Source of the DNA: Clostridia bacterium
Lineage (GTDB): Bacteria > Bacillota > Clostridia > Christensenellales > Aristaeellaceae
Length of the DNA: 57,018 bases
Direction: 5' to 3'
NCBI GenBank assembly: GCA_017469085.1
Contig: JAFUHB010000239.1
Span: forward strand, 1-57,018
The notes under the pieces were generated by a model. The model was not told where the DNA came from. It ran no database searches and saw nothing but the letters and a program-made list of their open reading frames with translations. The position numbers and the translations under genes were made by a program. Shown here piece by piece: positions 1 through 8,896 of the stretch (position 1 is its first letter; the number at the start of each line of letters is the position of its first letter).

Positions 1-31
1 ACCTTGGCCCCTCCCTCAACGGCGCTTGGCT

Positions 32-60
32 ATTCTATCACTCCCTCCCCTCTCTGTCAA
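32..60 (-). promoter_or_regulatory. Outward-facing sigma-70-type promoter (TTGACA-17-TAGAAT) pointing leftwards out of the window
   Basis: The reverse complement of 32-60 reads TTGACAgagaggggagggagtgaTAGAAT: consensus -35, 17-nt spacer, 5/6 -10. The target gene lies outside the window. Confidence 0.45.
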
Positions 61-245
61 CTCTTTTTTTCTCCTTTTGATAAGGTTTTTTTCGTTTTTG
101 GTAAATATGCGCTCTTTCAAATAAAATCGTTCGGAAATATTCCGTTTCAAAGTTCAAATACCGTTTGAAATGTACGGTCCGGATTTCCAATTCCATCCTC
201 TGATGAAAGATGACGGAAATATCACATTTATGTACGTTTTCTCGC

Positions 246-274
246 TTGCAGCAAACCGCAAACGGATGTATACT
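246..274 (+). promoter_or_regulatory. Candidate promoter of ireB-ruvX (TTGCAG-17-TATACT)
   Basis: TTGCAG at 246-251, 17-nt spacer, TATACT at 269-274, about 35 nt upstream of the ireB ATG. An AAGGGGG SD precedes the ATG at 308. Confidence 0.4.
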
Positions 275-307
275 GTTGTTATAAAATAGGAAGGGGGTCG
301 ATCTCCG

Positions 308-571
308 ATGTCCGAATTCAACGGCACCACCAAATTTACGCGCTTTTCCGAGGGTCAGGAGACCGCTTCCGTGATTCTGGCGCACGTATACAACGCCCTG
401 CAGGCCAAGGGCTACGACCCCATCACACAGCTGACCGGTTTTATCCTGACCGGCGACCCAACCTATATCACCAGCCACAATAACGCCCGCAGTATGATTT
501 GCCGCCTGGAGCGGGACGAGATTCTGGAGGAGCTCGTCCGGTACTATATCCACGGGAATTTTGACCGCTGA
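308..571 (+). CDS. ireB: IreB family regulatory phosphoprotein (UPF0297/DUF965)
   Basis: 87 aa; the [40 protein letters not shown] motif is typical of UPF0297. Conserved Firmicute synteny directly upstream of ruvX. The stop overlaps the ruvX ATG (TGATG). Confidence 0.85.
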   Translation: MSEFNGTTKFTRFSEGQETASVILAHVYNALQAKGYDPITQLTGFILTGDPTYITSHNNARSMICRLERDEILEELVRYYIHGNFDR

Positions 572-1404
572 TGGGCAGAGTACTCGGCCTGGATATCGGC
601 GACCGACGCATCGGCGTGGCGCTGAGCGATGAGACGCGACTGATCGCGTCTCCTTATTGTGTGTTGCAATCTGTCGGCTGGGGACCGGACTGTCGGGCGA
701 TCGGCGCGATCATGGCGGAAACAGGAGCCGAACTGATCGTCAGCGGCCTGCCGCGCAACATGGACGGAAGCATCGGTTTTCAGGCGAAAAAGATTCAGGA
801 TTTTTGCGAAGTGCTGCGAAATGCCGGATGGCAGGTAGAATTTATCGACGAGCGCCTGACCACCGTGACCGCGCAGAACGCGCTTATTGCAGGCGGAATG
901 CGCCGAGAGGACCGCAAGCAGCACGTCGATAAGGTTGCGGCCGCCGTGATCCTCCAAGCCTGGCTGGACCGGACGCGCAACGAGACGGTTGACAAACGGC
1001 CCGAATTCATCTATCATGCTACGGTGCGCGATGAACGGATTCGCGCCATGCTCAGCGGAACGACAAAGGAGTTTATCATGGCTGACGAAGAAAAGATGAT
1101 CCCTGACAACCAGGAATATGAGGACGACGAGCCCGATATTATCGAGCTGACCGACGAAGAGGGCGTAACCACCAAGTTCGAGTATCTGACCACCATCGAC
1201 TACGAGGGAGACCTGTACGTGGCGCTGCTGCTCTTGAATGAAGAAGAGGAGGCGGCGGACGACGAAGACGGCGAAGTGCTGATCCTGAAGATCGAGCAGG
1301 ACGACAGCGGCGAAGACATCTACGTATCCGTGGACGACGACGCCGTTGCAGAGGCCGTTTTCAATAAATACATGGAAATGGTCGAGGAAGAAGAAAACGA
1401 ATAA
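571..1404 (+). CDS. ruvX: Holliday junction resolvase RuvX (YqgF) fused in frame to a DUF1292 domain
   Basis: N-terminal about 140 aa (GLDIGDRRIGVALSD ... VDKVAAAVILQAWLD) is YqgF/RuvX. The C-terminal acidic part (IIELTDEEGVTTKFEYLTTIDYEGDLYVALLLL ... VLILKIEQDD) is DUF1292. No stop codon lies between them. An internal AAGGAG SD (1066-1071) and ATG (1078) are retained. Confidence 0.8.
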   Translation: MGRVLGLDIGDRRIGVALSDETRLIASPYCVLQSVGWGPDCRAIGAIMAETGAELIVSGLPRNMDGSIGFQAKKIQDFCEVLRNAGWQVEFIDERLTTVTAQNALIAGGMRREDRKQHVDKVAAAVILQAWLDRTRNETVDKRPEFIYHATVRDERIRAMLSGTTKEFIMADEEKMIPDNQEYEDDEPDIIELTDEEGVTTKFEYLTTIDYEGDLYVALLLLNEEEEAADDEDGEVLILKIEQDDSGEDIYVSVDDDAVAEAVFNKYMEMVEEEENE

Positions 1405-1409
1405 AACAG

Positions 1410-1462
1410 CGCCGCGCAAATCAGTCAAGCCCAATAAGCTGCCGATCTGCGCGGCGTTTTTT
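1410..1462 (+). terminator. Stem-loop plus T-run after ruvX/DUF1292
   Basis: CGCCGCGCA (1410-1418) pairs with TGCGCGGCG (1448-1456), followed by TTTTTT. The loop is large (29 nt). It lies between convergent genes. Confidence 0.45.
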
Positions 1463-2382
1463 CATGCCCTTTTCCCGCCGATATGCTCCACCAAATCGGC
1501 AAAAAGAGCATCCCTGTCGATGTAATAGACCATTTTGCAGTAAGGCCGCGTATCATCCCAGGCATAATGGTGATCATATTCCGGAATAGGGGTTGAAATC
1601 AACCGATCCCGCATCAAACGGCCGCCGTCATTCAACAGCCAGCCGACGGCGGTCACATCCCAGATCGCCCGGCTCCACGGCCTTCCTTTCGCGTACTCCT
1701 CCGCCGCTTCCACCGTATGATCCACCAGATAATCACACAGCGCGTTCCGGCCTCTCAGCCATTGCTCCAGCTCCGGTCCCGTGGTCCGAAAGGCGCTGAC
1801 CACGCCCATGCAGGGTAATACGACCAATGAAACGCCAGAGCCAAAGACCACGCGAGCCGCCGCGACATCCTGCCGGACATTGAATTCCCGATTGTCCGGC
1901 CATTGTGGGGCGTTGCCGCCCAACCAGATCACCACCATCCGCTCCGCGATCTCCGGACAAAGGAGCAAGGCGGACGCGATATTGGTGATCGCGCCGATCG
2001 CCACGACATATAAGGGTCGCTCCGCTGAATAACGAAGCGCCCGCTCCGCCAGGTCTATCGCAGCGGGAGAGCGAACCGGCGTCCTTTCATCCGGAAGAAA
2101 GTCTTCCGCGCCCCGTAGCACCGGATACTCCCGTTCCGCCAGCGCGAGCAGTTTTTGGATTTCCCGATAACTTTTTTCCATGCCGTCCGCAGGACTGCTG
2201 GACCGTTCGTTAAAAAAGGGCGCTGCATAAAACGCTCGCACGTTCAGCTTTTCCGAAGCGGATATCGCGTAGGCAATGGCAAACTGATCGTCGATCTCAT
2301 TATACGCGTCCGTATCCAGCACCATATCGATCGGGTTCGCAGGGCATTTTAGCAGCCTGAGCCTGGTTATTTCATCCAGCAT
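1462..2382 (-). CDS. Nucleoside hydrolase (inosine/uridine-preferring, IUNH family)
   Basis: 306 aa; N-terminal DTDAYNEIDDQFAIAY aspartate cluster typical of the IU_nuc_hydro fold. GGAGGA SD upstream of the ATG. Confidence 0.8.
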   Translation of the reverse strand: MLDEITRLRLLKCPANPIDMVLDTDAYNEIDDQFAIAYAISASEKLNVRAFYAAPFFNERSSSPADGMEKSYREIQKLLALAEREYPVLRGAEDFLPDERTPVRSPAAIDLAERALRYSAERPLYVVAIGAITNIASALLLCPEIAERMVVIWLGGNAPQWPDNREFNVRQDVAAARVVFGSGVSLVVLPCMGVVSAFRTTGPELEQWLRGRNALCDYLVDHTVEAAEEYAKGRPWSRAIWDVTAVGWLLNDGGRLMRDRLISTPIPEYDHHYAWDDTRPYCKMVYYIDRDALFADLVEHIGGKRA

Positions 2383-2577
2383 ACTTATCCTCCGGCGTTT
2401 GATCTTTCGTTTATGATATCATGATTCATATGAAAACACAAATCATGGAGCTCCGGCGTTGTATCCAATTTGTTTTTTCCTTGCCTCGGACCGGTCGGCG
2501 GTTGTATGATATTCAGGTATAGAATCGCCTGTAACGCCGGGGGGAACGCTCCGGCCTGATTGAAGGAGGTCGTCAAT

Positions 2578-3648
2578 ATGAAGGCGGAAGATATCAAGAT
2601 CACGCTGGCGCCGACTCGTAAAGAAAAACCCGACCCGGCCAAGCTGGGCTTTGGCAAGTATTTCACGGATCATATGTTCCTGATGGACTATGATCCCGCG
2701 CTCGGCTGGCACGACGCTCGCATCGTACCCTTTGAAAACCTGAGCTTAAGTCCGGCCGCGGCCGTATTTCACTACGGCGCGGAGGTATTTGAGGGGCTCA
2801 AGGCCTATCGCCGGCCCGACGGACAGATCCAGTTATTCCGCCCGTGGGAAAATTTCAAGCGCCTCAACAATTCCGCTGAGCGCATCACCCTGCCCCAGGT
2901 GGACCCGGATTTCGTATTGGCTGCCCTGAAAAAGCTGGTTGATATCGAGCGCGACTGGGTGCCATCCCTGCCCGGCACCTCCCTGTACATCCGCCCCTTC
3001 CTCTTCGGCAGCGACCCCTTCCTGGGCCTGCACACCATTGAAAAGGCGATCTACGCGGTGATCCTGTCCCCGGTGGGCAGCTATTATAAGGAAGGCCTGA
3101 ACCCCGTCAAAATCATGATCGAGACGGAGGACGTCCGCGCGGTACGCGGCGGCACCGGCTACGCCAAGTGCGGCGGCAATTACGCCGCCAGCAACCGCGC
3201 CGGTCACAAGGCCGAGCTCAAGGGCTATTCCCAGGTGCTCTGGCTGGACGGCGTGGAGCGCAAGTACATCGAAGAGGTCGGCGCGATGAACGTCATGTTC
3301 CAGATCGGCGATACCATCGTAACGCCCAAACTGACCGGCTCCGTACTGCCCGGCATTACTCGCATGAGCTGTGTGGAGCTTCTGAAGGCCAAGGGCTACC
3401 AGGTGGAGGAGCGCCTGTTGTCTGTGGACGAGCTGAAGGCAGCGATGGCCGACAGCAGCCTGAAGGAAGCCTGGGGAACCGGCACCGCCGCCATAGTCTC
3501 TCCGATCGGCGAGCTGTCCTATGAGGACGTTCGTTATACGATCGCAGGCGGGAAGATCGGCCCGATCACCCAATGGCTTTACGACACACTGACCGGAATC
3601 CAGTGGGGGAAGACCGAAGATCCTTACGGCTGGACGGAGATCGTATAA
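2578..3648 (+). CDS. ilvE: Branched-chain amino acid aminotransferase
   Basis: Motifs FGKYFTDHMF, FHYGAEVFEGLKAYR and YIRPF match class IV BCAT. I chose ATG 2578 (GAAGGAGG SD 8 nt upstream) over the TTG at 2560 in the ORF track. Confidence 0.9.
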   Translation: MKAEDIKITLAPTRKEKPDPAKLGFGKYFTDHMFLMDYDPALGWHDARIVPFENLSLSPAAAVFHYGAEVFEGLKAYRRPDGQIQLFRPWENFKRLNNSAERITLPQVDPDFVLAALKKLVDIERDWVPSLPGTSLYIRPFLFGSDPFLGLHTIEKAIYAVILSPVGSYYKEGLNPVKIMIETEDVRAVRGGTGYAKCGGNYAASNRAGHKAELKGYSQVLWLDGVERKYIEEVGAMNVMFQIGDTIVTPKLTGSVLPGITRMSCVELLKAKGYQVEERLLSVDELKAAMADSSLKEAWGTGTAAIVSPIGELSYEDVRYTIAGGKIGPITQWLYDTLTGIQWGKTEDPYGWTEIV

Positions 3649-3661
3649 ATCAACGCCATAT

Positions 3662-3699
3662 AAAAAATCATGCTGGGCAATTCCCGGCATGATTTTTTT
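3662..3699. terminator. Bidirectional intrinsic terminator between ilvE and the PIG-L gene
   Basis: AAAAAATCATGC ... GCATGATTTTTT perfect hairpin, flanked by an A-run on one side and a T-run on the other. Confidence 0.75.
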
Positions 3700-3701
3700 G
3701 C

Positions 3702-4877
3702 TCATGGAATATTTTCAAACATATCTTCCTTGACCACATCCGGGCCGACTGTGCTGAACGCGAGCCCGAACAGATAGCAGGATTTTACGCTGTCCCGAGG
3801 CTCCACCCGGTATTGAGGTTGCTGCTGGGACACATAGAGCTTGTACGCCTCCACTGCGGTTTCAAACCCGGTTTTGCCTCCTTGGCTGTTGAGGGGGATA
3901 TCCCAATCAAACTCTACCTGATTATCCTTATACATGTGGATGTAAAGCTTTTTGGGCTGCCATACGCCATACTGCTTTACGCTTTCCGTATATTTGCTTT
4001 CATCGGCCGCCAACGTCACGCACTGCAGGCAGGCGTCGGCGCAAACGCGGTGCGCGCCATGTCCGTATTCCCCATTCACATCCTGCGTGGCGATCACCTC
4101 GGGCTGATACCGACGGATCAAGGCGGTCACATATTTGAGCACCTTGGTTTTGCCCCAGATGTCATATTGGGTCTTAAGCTTCAGGGAATACTTATCCCAG
4201 AAATCTCCGATGTCCGGATAATTCCGCACGCCGCAGTACCAAAGCCCGTTCAGCAGCTCGCTTCGCCGGCCCGGCGTACCGCAGGTCAGATAGCAAACGA
4301 CCACGTTCATCTGCTTTTCGCCCGCGTAGGTGGGGATCATGCCGCCGAAAAAGAGCATCTCATCATCCGGGTGCCCCACCAGGATCATCAGATCGGCCTT
4401 TTCGACGCTGGGCTTCCACACCTGCACCCAGGAAGGCAAATCCCCCTCGGAGAGCAAGTAGACTTCATTCACCGCGAACGTTTTTTGCGCGTTCGTATCC
4501 CATGCGATCCGGAAATGAGTCAGCCCTTCGACCGCCACATACTCGTGCCCGTATAAGCCCTCGCCGCGGGCAACAGCCGTCCAGGTCTTTCCCTCCTGCA
4601 CCTCGATCACCCAGGGCGCCGTCTTATCCGACCCCAAGCAAAGGTAGACGCCGTAAACCGGCTCCGGGCTGGTCACCTCGATATGCGCCTTGCGCTCCTT
4701 ATTGCTGGTCCAGATGGTTTTATAATCCCGGTCGGTCACCCGATAGGCCGCATTTGGTTTGGACGACACGCGAATCGTAGCCTGCTCGGTAATATCCCGC
4801 GCCTCGCTCGCCTGCGCGCCCCCTGCCAGCCCCAGCAGCGCCAGAGCAAGAGCAAGGAATACGAAAATGCGTTTCAT
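3702..4877 (-). CDS. Secreted PIG-L/LmbE-family deacetylase with an N-terminal beta-sandwich (discoidin-like) domain
   Basis: Signal peptide MKRIFVFLALALALLGLAGGAQA. PIG-L signature ADLMILVGHPDDEMLFFGG and later GEYGHGAHR. Paralogous over its full length to the ORF at 46509-47732. Confidence 0.75.
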   Translation of the reverse strand: MKRIFVFLALALALLGLAGGAQASEARDITEQATIRVSSKPNAAYRVTDRDYKTIWTSNKERKAHIEVTSPEPVYGVYLCLGSDKTAPWVIEVQEGKTWTAVARGEGLYGHEYVAVEGLTHFRIAWDTNAQKTFAVNEVYLLSEGDLPSWVQVWKPSVEKADLMILVGHPDDEMLFFGGMIPTYAGEKQMNVVVCYLTCGTPGRRSELLNGLWYCGVRNYPDIGDFWDKYSLKLKTQYDIWGKTKVLKYVTALIRRYQPEVIATQDVNGEYGHGAHRVCADACLQCVTLAADESKYTESVKQYGVWQPKKLYIHMYKDNQVEFDWDIPLNSQGGKTGFETAVEAYKLYVSQQQPQYRVEPRDSVKSCYLFGLAFSTVGPDVVKEDMFENIP

Positions 4878-4963
4878 GAATCACTCCTGAAGGGAGGCCG
4901 CTCCCTGATCGCCCGAAAGAGCGCCTCCGCGATGATGAATAATAAGACTATCGCCTCTCTATC

Positions 4964-5003
4964 GCTGCCGGTCGCCGCCATTTTTCGCGCGGCGGCCGGC
5001 AGC
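4964..5003 (-). terminator. GC-rich stem-loop between alaS and the PIG-L gene (weak terminator or processing hairpin)
   Basis: GCTGCCGG-n-CGCCGC / GCGGCG-n-CCGGCAGC, about 14 bp of pairing. There is no clear U-run, so read-through into the PIG-L gene is plausible. Confidence 0.35.
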
Positions 5004-5009
5004 CCGTCA

Positions 5010-7001
5010 TTACAGCGTTTTGCCCGGTGCGTTCACATCGCGGCCGATCACGGCCTTGATGCGGCGAACGCCGGCGGAGGAGGACTCCTCCTTCTGGATC
5101 CGGAAGGAAACAAGATCGCCGGTATTGACGGCATGGGGGCCGCCGCAGATCTCTTTGGAGAATTCGCCCATGGTGTACACGCTGACACGGTCGCCATATT
5201 TGCTTTCAAACAGGCCCATCGCGCCCTGCGCCTTGGCCTCGGCAACGGTCATTTCCTCCTTGACGATCGGCGCCTTGGCGGCGATCGCCTCGTTGACCAG
5301 CCGTTCGACCTCCTGAAGCTCCTCCGGCGTTACCTTACGGCCGAAGGTAAAGTCAAAGCGCAGACGCTCGGCCGTGATATTGGAGCCTTTTTGATGTACC
5401 TCGTCCCCCAGCACCTTGCGCAGGGCCGCCTGCAGCAGATGCGTCGCCGTATGCAGGCAGGCGGTTTGCACATTGTGATCGGCCAGGCCGCCCTTAAACC
5501 GCTGCTCCGCGCCGGCGTGACTGGTCTGCTGATGCTGACGGAAGCGTTCCTCAAAGTCGTTCAGGTCTACCTTCAGGTCATGCTCCCGTGCCAACTCAGT
5601 CGTCAGCTCGATGGGGAAGCCGTAGGTGTCGTACAGGCGGAAGGCGCTGCGGCCGTCCATCTGGCTGAGGCCGTCCTTGAGCGCAGTCGCGGCCTGACGA
5701 ACGGCTTCGGCGTCGCCGGCGTTGACCGCCTCGATCACCGGCACCATATCCGGGGAAGGACGGAGCTGATGCTTCTCGATCATTTCCTTGCCCAGCGCAA
5801 CGGGATCGTTGCTCACGATCAGGGCGTCGGCCGTCTCGCGGGTACGGCGGATGTTGTTCAGCACCTTTTCAAATTCCTTCATGCCCTGCTTCAGCGTCTT
5901 CTGGAAGCGGTCCTCCTCCATCAGCAGCTGTGTGAGCACGAATTCGCTGTTCTCGCTCAGCTCGGGGTATACGGCCTTGTACTGGTCGATGATCACCTTC
6001 GCGATCTCAGCCGTAAAGCCGGCGGGCATATTCAGGCTCATGCCAAAGCGCACGGCCCGGCGGATCAAACGGCGTAGGATATAGCCCTGGTCCACGTTGG
6101 AGGGCGTCACGGCGCGGGGATCGCCCAGGATAAAGGTCGCGGTGCGCATATGATCCGAAATGATGCGGAAGGCCTTCGTCGTCTCCTCATCGTCCCCGTA
6201 TTGCTTGCCGGACAGCTCGGCGATCTTGGCCAGGATATTTTCAAAGAGATCGGTTTCGTAAACGCTCTTCTTGCCGGTCAGCACGCAGATGGTGCGCTCC
6301 AGCCCCATGCCGGTATCCACGTTCTTTTGCGCAAGGGGAATGAAGGTTCCGTCCACCTGCTTGTTATACTGCATGAAAACGTCGTTCCAAATCTCCAAAT
6401 ACGCGCCGCAGGAGCAGGCAGGGGAGCAATCGGGCCCACAGGGCTCCTTGACGATCATGAACATCTCAGTATCCGGCCCGCAGGGCCCCGTCACGCCCGC
6501 AGGACCCCACCAGTTGTGCGCCTTGGGGAGATAAAACAGATGATCATCCTTGACCCCGCAGGAGCGCCACAGGTCGGCCGCCTCTTCATCGCGCGGGCAA
6601 TCGCTGTCGCCCTCAAAAACGGTGAAGGCCAGCTTATCCTTGGGAAGGCCCAGGTATTTTTCACTGGTCAGGAATTCCCAGCTCCAGGGAATCATCTCTT
6701 TTTTGAAATAATCGCCCAGGCTCCAATTGCCCAGCATTTCAAAAAAGGTCAGGTGGCTCATATCGCCGACCTCGTCGATATCGCCGGTACGGATGCACTT
6801 CTGCACGTCGGTCAGACGGGTGCCCATCGGATGCTTTTGCCCCATCAGATACGGGACCAGCGGATGCATCCCGGCGGTGGTAAACAGCACGGTCGGGTCG
6901 TTCTCCGGGATCACGGAGGCGGACGGGATCAGCTGATGGCCTTTTTCCTGGAAAAAGTTCAGGAACATGCTGCGCAGCTCGTTGGCGGTCACGTTTTTCA
7001 T
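5010..7001 (-). CDS. alaS: Alanine--tRNA ligase, short form (663 aa) ending after the editing domain with no C-Ala domain
   Basis: FLNFFQEKGHQLIPSASVIP, TTAGMHP, FFEMLGNWSLGDYFK, EIWNDVFMQYN; editing motifs HTATHLL and CGGPH. I chose ATG 7001 (AAGGGGA SD) because the upstream part of the ORF-track ORF overlaps the T-box leader. Confidence 0.9.
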   Translation of the reverse strand: MKNVTANELRSMFLNFFQEKGHQLIPSASVIPENDPTVLFTTAGMHPLVPYLMGQKHPMGTRLTDVQKCIRTGDIDEVGDMSHLTFFEMLGNWSLGDYFKKEMIPWSWEFLTSEKYLGLPKDKLAFTVFEGDSDCPRDEEAADLWRSCGVKDDHLFYLPKAHNWWGPAGVTGPCGPDTEMFMIVKEPCGPDCSPACSCGAYLEIWNDVFMQYNKQVDGTFIPLAQKNVDTGMGLERTICVLTGKKSVYETDLFENILAKIAELSGKQYGDDEETTKAFRIISDHMRTATFILGDPRAVTPSNVDQGYILRRLIRRAVRFGMSLNMPAGFTAEIAKVIIDQYKAVYPELSENSEFVLTQLLMEEDRFQKTLKQGMKEFEKVLNNIRRTRETADALIVSNDPVALGKEMIEKHQLRPSPDMVPVIEAVNAGDAEAVRQAATALKDGLSQMDGRSAFRLYDTYGFPIELTTELAREHDLKVDLNDFEERFRQHQQTSHAGAEQRFKGGLADHNVQTACLHTATHLLQAALRKVLGDEVHQKGSNITAERLRFDFTFGRKVTPEELQEVERLVNEAIAAKAPIVKEEMTVAEAKAQGAMGLFESKYGDRVSVYTMGEFSKEICGGPHAVNTGDLVSFRIQKEESSSAGVRRIKAVIGRDVNAPGKTL

Positions 7002-7020
7002 TGGAATCGTCCCCTTTTCT

Positions 7021-7280
7021 GTAAAAAAATATGTGTCTTGCTTCGCCGAAGACGAACAGACACATGAATTCGCGGTACCACTTCGTTTGACCGGCGATTG
7101 ATGCCAGCCCCCTCTTTGAACGGATAACGGTCGAACGCCGACGGGCCTTACTCGCTTTCCGACCCGTAGCTCCACAGCGGCTTCCCCCAATGGTAGCCCA
7201 CGCCGGCCTCACACCGACCGCCGGCTCGCTGAGTGGCCCGATCCGGGGTACTCTTCTGCGTCGAAGCTCTTTGCAATTGT
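7021..7280 (-). promoter_or_regulatory. T-box riboswitch leader (probable Ala specifier) with intrinsic terminator
   Basis: The minus strand reads AAGUGGUACCGCG (plus 7071-7083, the T-box motif). It is followed by a terminator hairpin (plus 7033-7063) and U7 (7023-7029). Stem I elements are AGAAGAGUA, an AGCGA bulge and a GCCGGC distal helix. A GCU-A tetranucleotide lies on the 3' side of stem I. Confidence 0.85.
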
Positions 7281-7286
7281 AGGCAG

Positions 7287-7315
7287 AGTATAGCCCGGAA
7301 ACACGGAAAAGTCAA
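7287..7315 (-). promoter_or_regulatory. Promoter of the alaS T-box leader (TTGACT-17-TATACT)
   Basis: On the minus strand, -35 TTGACT (plus 7310-7315), 17-nt spacer, -10 TATACT (plus 7287-7292). Confidence 0.7.
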
Positions 7316-7326
7316 GCCGGGCAAAC

Positions 7327-7370
7327 GAAAAACCTTGCGCCGCCGTTCCCATTTGGACGGCGGCGCAAGG
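7327..7370 (-). terminator. Intrinsic terminator of the htrA-like gene
   Basis: CCTTGCGCCGCCGT / ACGGCGGCGCAAGG 14-bp stem, followed on the minus strand by a U-run. Confidence 0.75.
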
Positions 7371-7387
7371 GCCAGTTATATACCGGT

Positions 7388-8668
7388 TCAGGTAGCGGAA
7401 TTGCCCAACAGGGTCACAGTCAGGTCGATATATTCGCCATCCTGGCTGACGGTGGTCAGGTCGATCGAGTCAGCCGTCACGGCCGCCGCCATTCCTTCGG
7501 CGCGGTATACCTTGACGCTGAGGACGTCGCCCTCGTTATAGCTCTGAACGAGATTGACCAAATCGGTGGAGCTAGTCACCTTGGTGCCGTTGACCTCGAC
7601 GATCACATCGCCCACCTGGATGCCGCCGCGCTGAGCGTTGGAATCCTCATTGACGCTGCGCACGATCGCGCCGTTGGGCAGGATGCCGGAGGTGCCGGAC
7701 AGCGTGAACACGGTCACGCCCAGCATCGGCCGATTGCCGTTGGCAGGCGCGTTGGCGCTGGCCGTGGTGACGGAAGCTCCGCTGTACTTTTCAAGCGCCT
7801 CGCGGATCACGGGCTTGGCCACGTTGATCGGGATGCACATGCCGATGTTTTCCACCGAAGCGGAGCCAAAGCCGGAGGAGGAATATTTGCGGGCCGGAAT
7901 ACCCATCAGCTGGCCCAGCGTGTTGAACATGCCGCCGCCGGAGTTACCGGAGTTGATTGCGGCGTCCACCTGGATCATCTGATTGGTAATGTTGGTGCGG
8001 CGTCCGTAAGCGTCATAGGCGGTATCGGTCACCTCGCGGTCCAGCGCGGAAACGATGCCGACGGTCACCGTGCGGGCAAAGGCCTCGCTCAGCGGGTTGC
8101 CGATGACAATCGCCCATTCGCCGACCTGCAATTGATCGCTGTCACCCAGGGTCACAGGAGCCACCGGCAGATCGTTGACCAGCAGCACCGCCACGTCCGC
8201 TTTTTCGTCATAGGCTACGAGCGTCGCCTGGTACTCGTCGTCGCTGCCCTCCACCGTCACGGTCAGGCGGGAAGCGCCTTCCACGACATGGTAGTTGGTC
8301 AGCACATGGCCGTAAGTGGTGACCGCAACCCCCGAGCCGGTCGCATACAGGCGCTCGGTCGCGCTGTTATCGCCGCGGTCGCGGCCATAGCCGAAGCCAA
8401 AGCCGTAATAATTATAGTAATTGGAGTTGGATACGATCTGGTAGTTGTTGATACCGACCACGCTGGTGCGCACCGCGTCGGCCACCTTGGTAAAGGGGCT
8501 TTCCACCTGGCTGGCGTCGGTGGTGGTATTCAGGATGCCGTCGATCTCCTCAGCCGTAATGGTTTTGCTGTCCGCCGCCATGGCGATAGCGCTGAACGCC
8601 ACGGTCAAAACGACGATCACCGCCAGCACGAGCATCAACGTGTTCTTCTTTGTGGATTGATTCCTCAT
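7388..8668 (-). CDS. htrA: Membrane-anchored trypsin-like serine protease with a PDZ domain (HtrA/DegP, S1C)
   Basis: N-terminal TM helix. Catalytic-triad context HVLTNYHVV, DVAVL, GNSGGGMFN. C-terminal PDZ (GIQVGDVIVEVNG). AGGAGG SD. Confidence 0.88.
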   Translation of the reverse strand: MRNQSTKKNTLMLVLAVIVVLTVAFSAIAMAADSKTITAEEIDGILNTTTDASQVESPFTKVADAVRTSVVGINNYQIVSNSNYYNYYGFGFGYGRDRGDNSATERLYATGSGVAVTTYGHVLTNYHVVEGASRLTVTVEGSDDEYQATLVAYDEKADVAVLLVNDLPVAPVTLGDSDQLQVGEWAIVIGNPLSEAFARTVTVGIVSALDREVTDTAYDAYGRRTNITNQMIQVDAAINSGNSGGGMFNTLGQLMGIPARKYSSSGFGSASVENIGMCIPINVAKPVIREALEKYSGASVTTASANAPANGNRPMLGVTVFTLSGTSGILPNGAIVRSVNEDSNAQRGGIQVGDVIVEVNGTKVTSSTDLVNLVQSYNEGDVLSVKVYRAEGMAAAVTADSIDLTTVSQDGEYIDLTVTLLGNSAT

Positions 8669-8896
8669 AACAGGGACCTCCTATCTTTTCGCCGCGCGAA
8701 TGGCGCGGGTAATTTCCTTCCCTTTCGGGTTCGTACAACAGTATAGCGTCAAATTTCAGAAAATGTGTGAACGAATTTTTAACACTTGTGTAACAAATAT
8801 GGCAAAACCGCCGCATTGTTCTCTTTTCTATCCCCCCTCGGGATGATATAATAATAGGGACATATGGAACCCCTTGCACGCAAAGGAGGAAGCGTC

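Noticed and set aside
7002-7190. N-terminal 63-aa extension of the alaS ORF in the ORF track
   Set aside because: This stretch is the T-box leader (terminator, T-box motif). The conserved AlaRS N-terminus starts at MKNVTANELR with its own SD.
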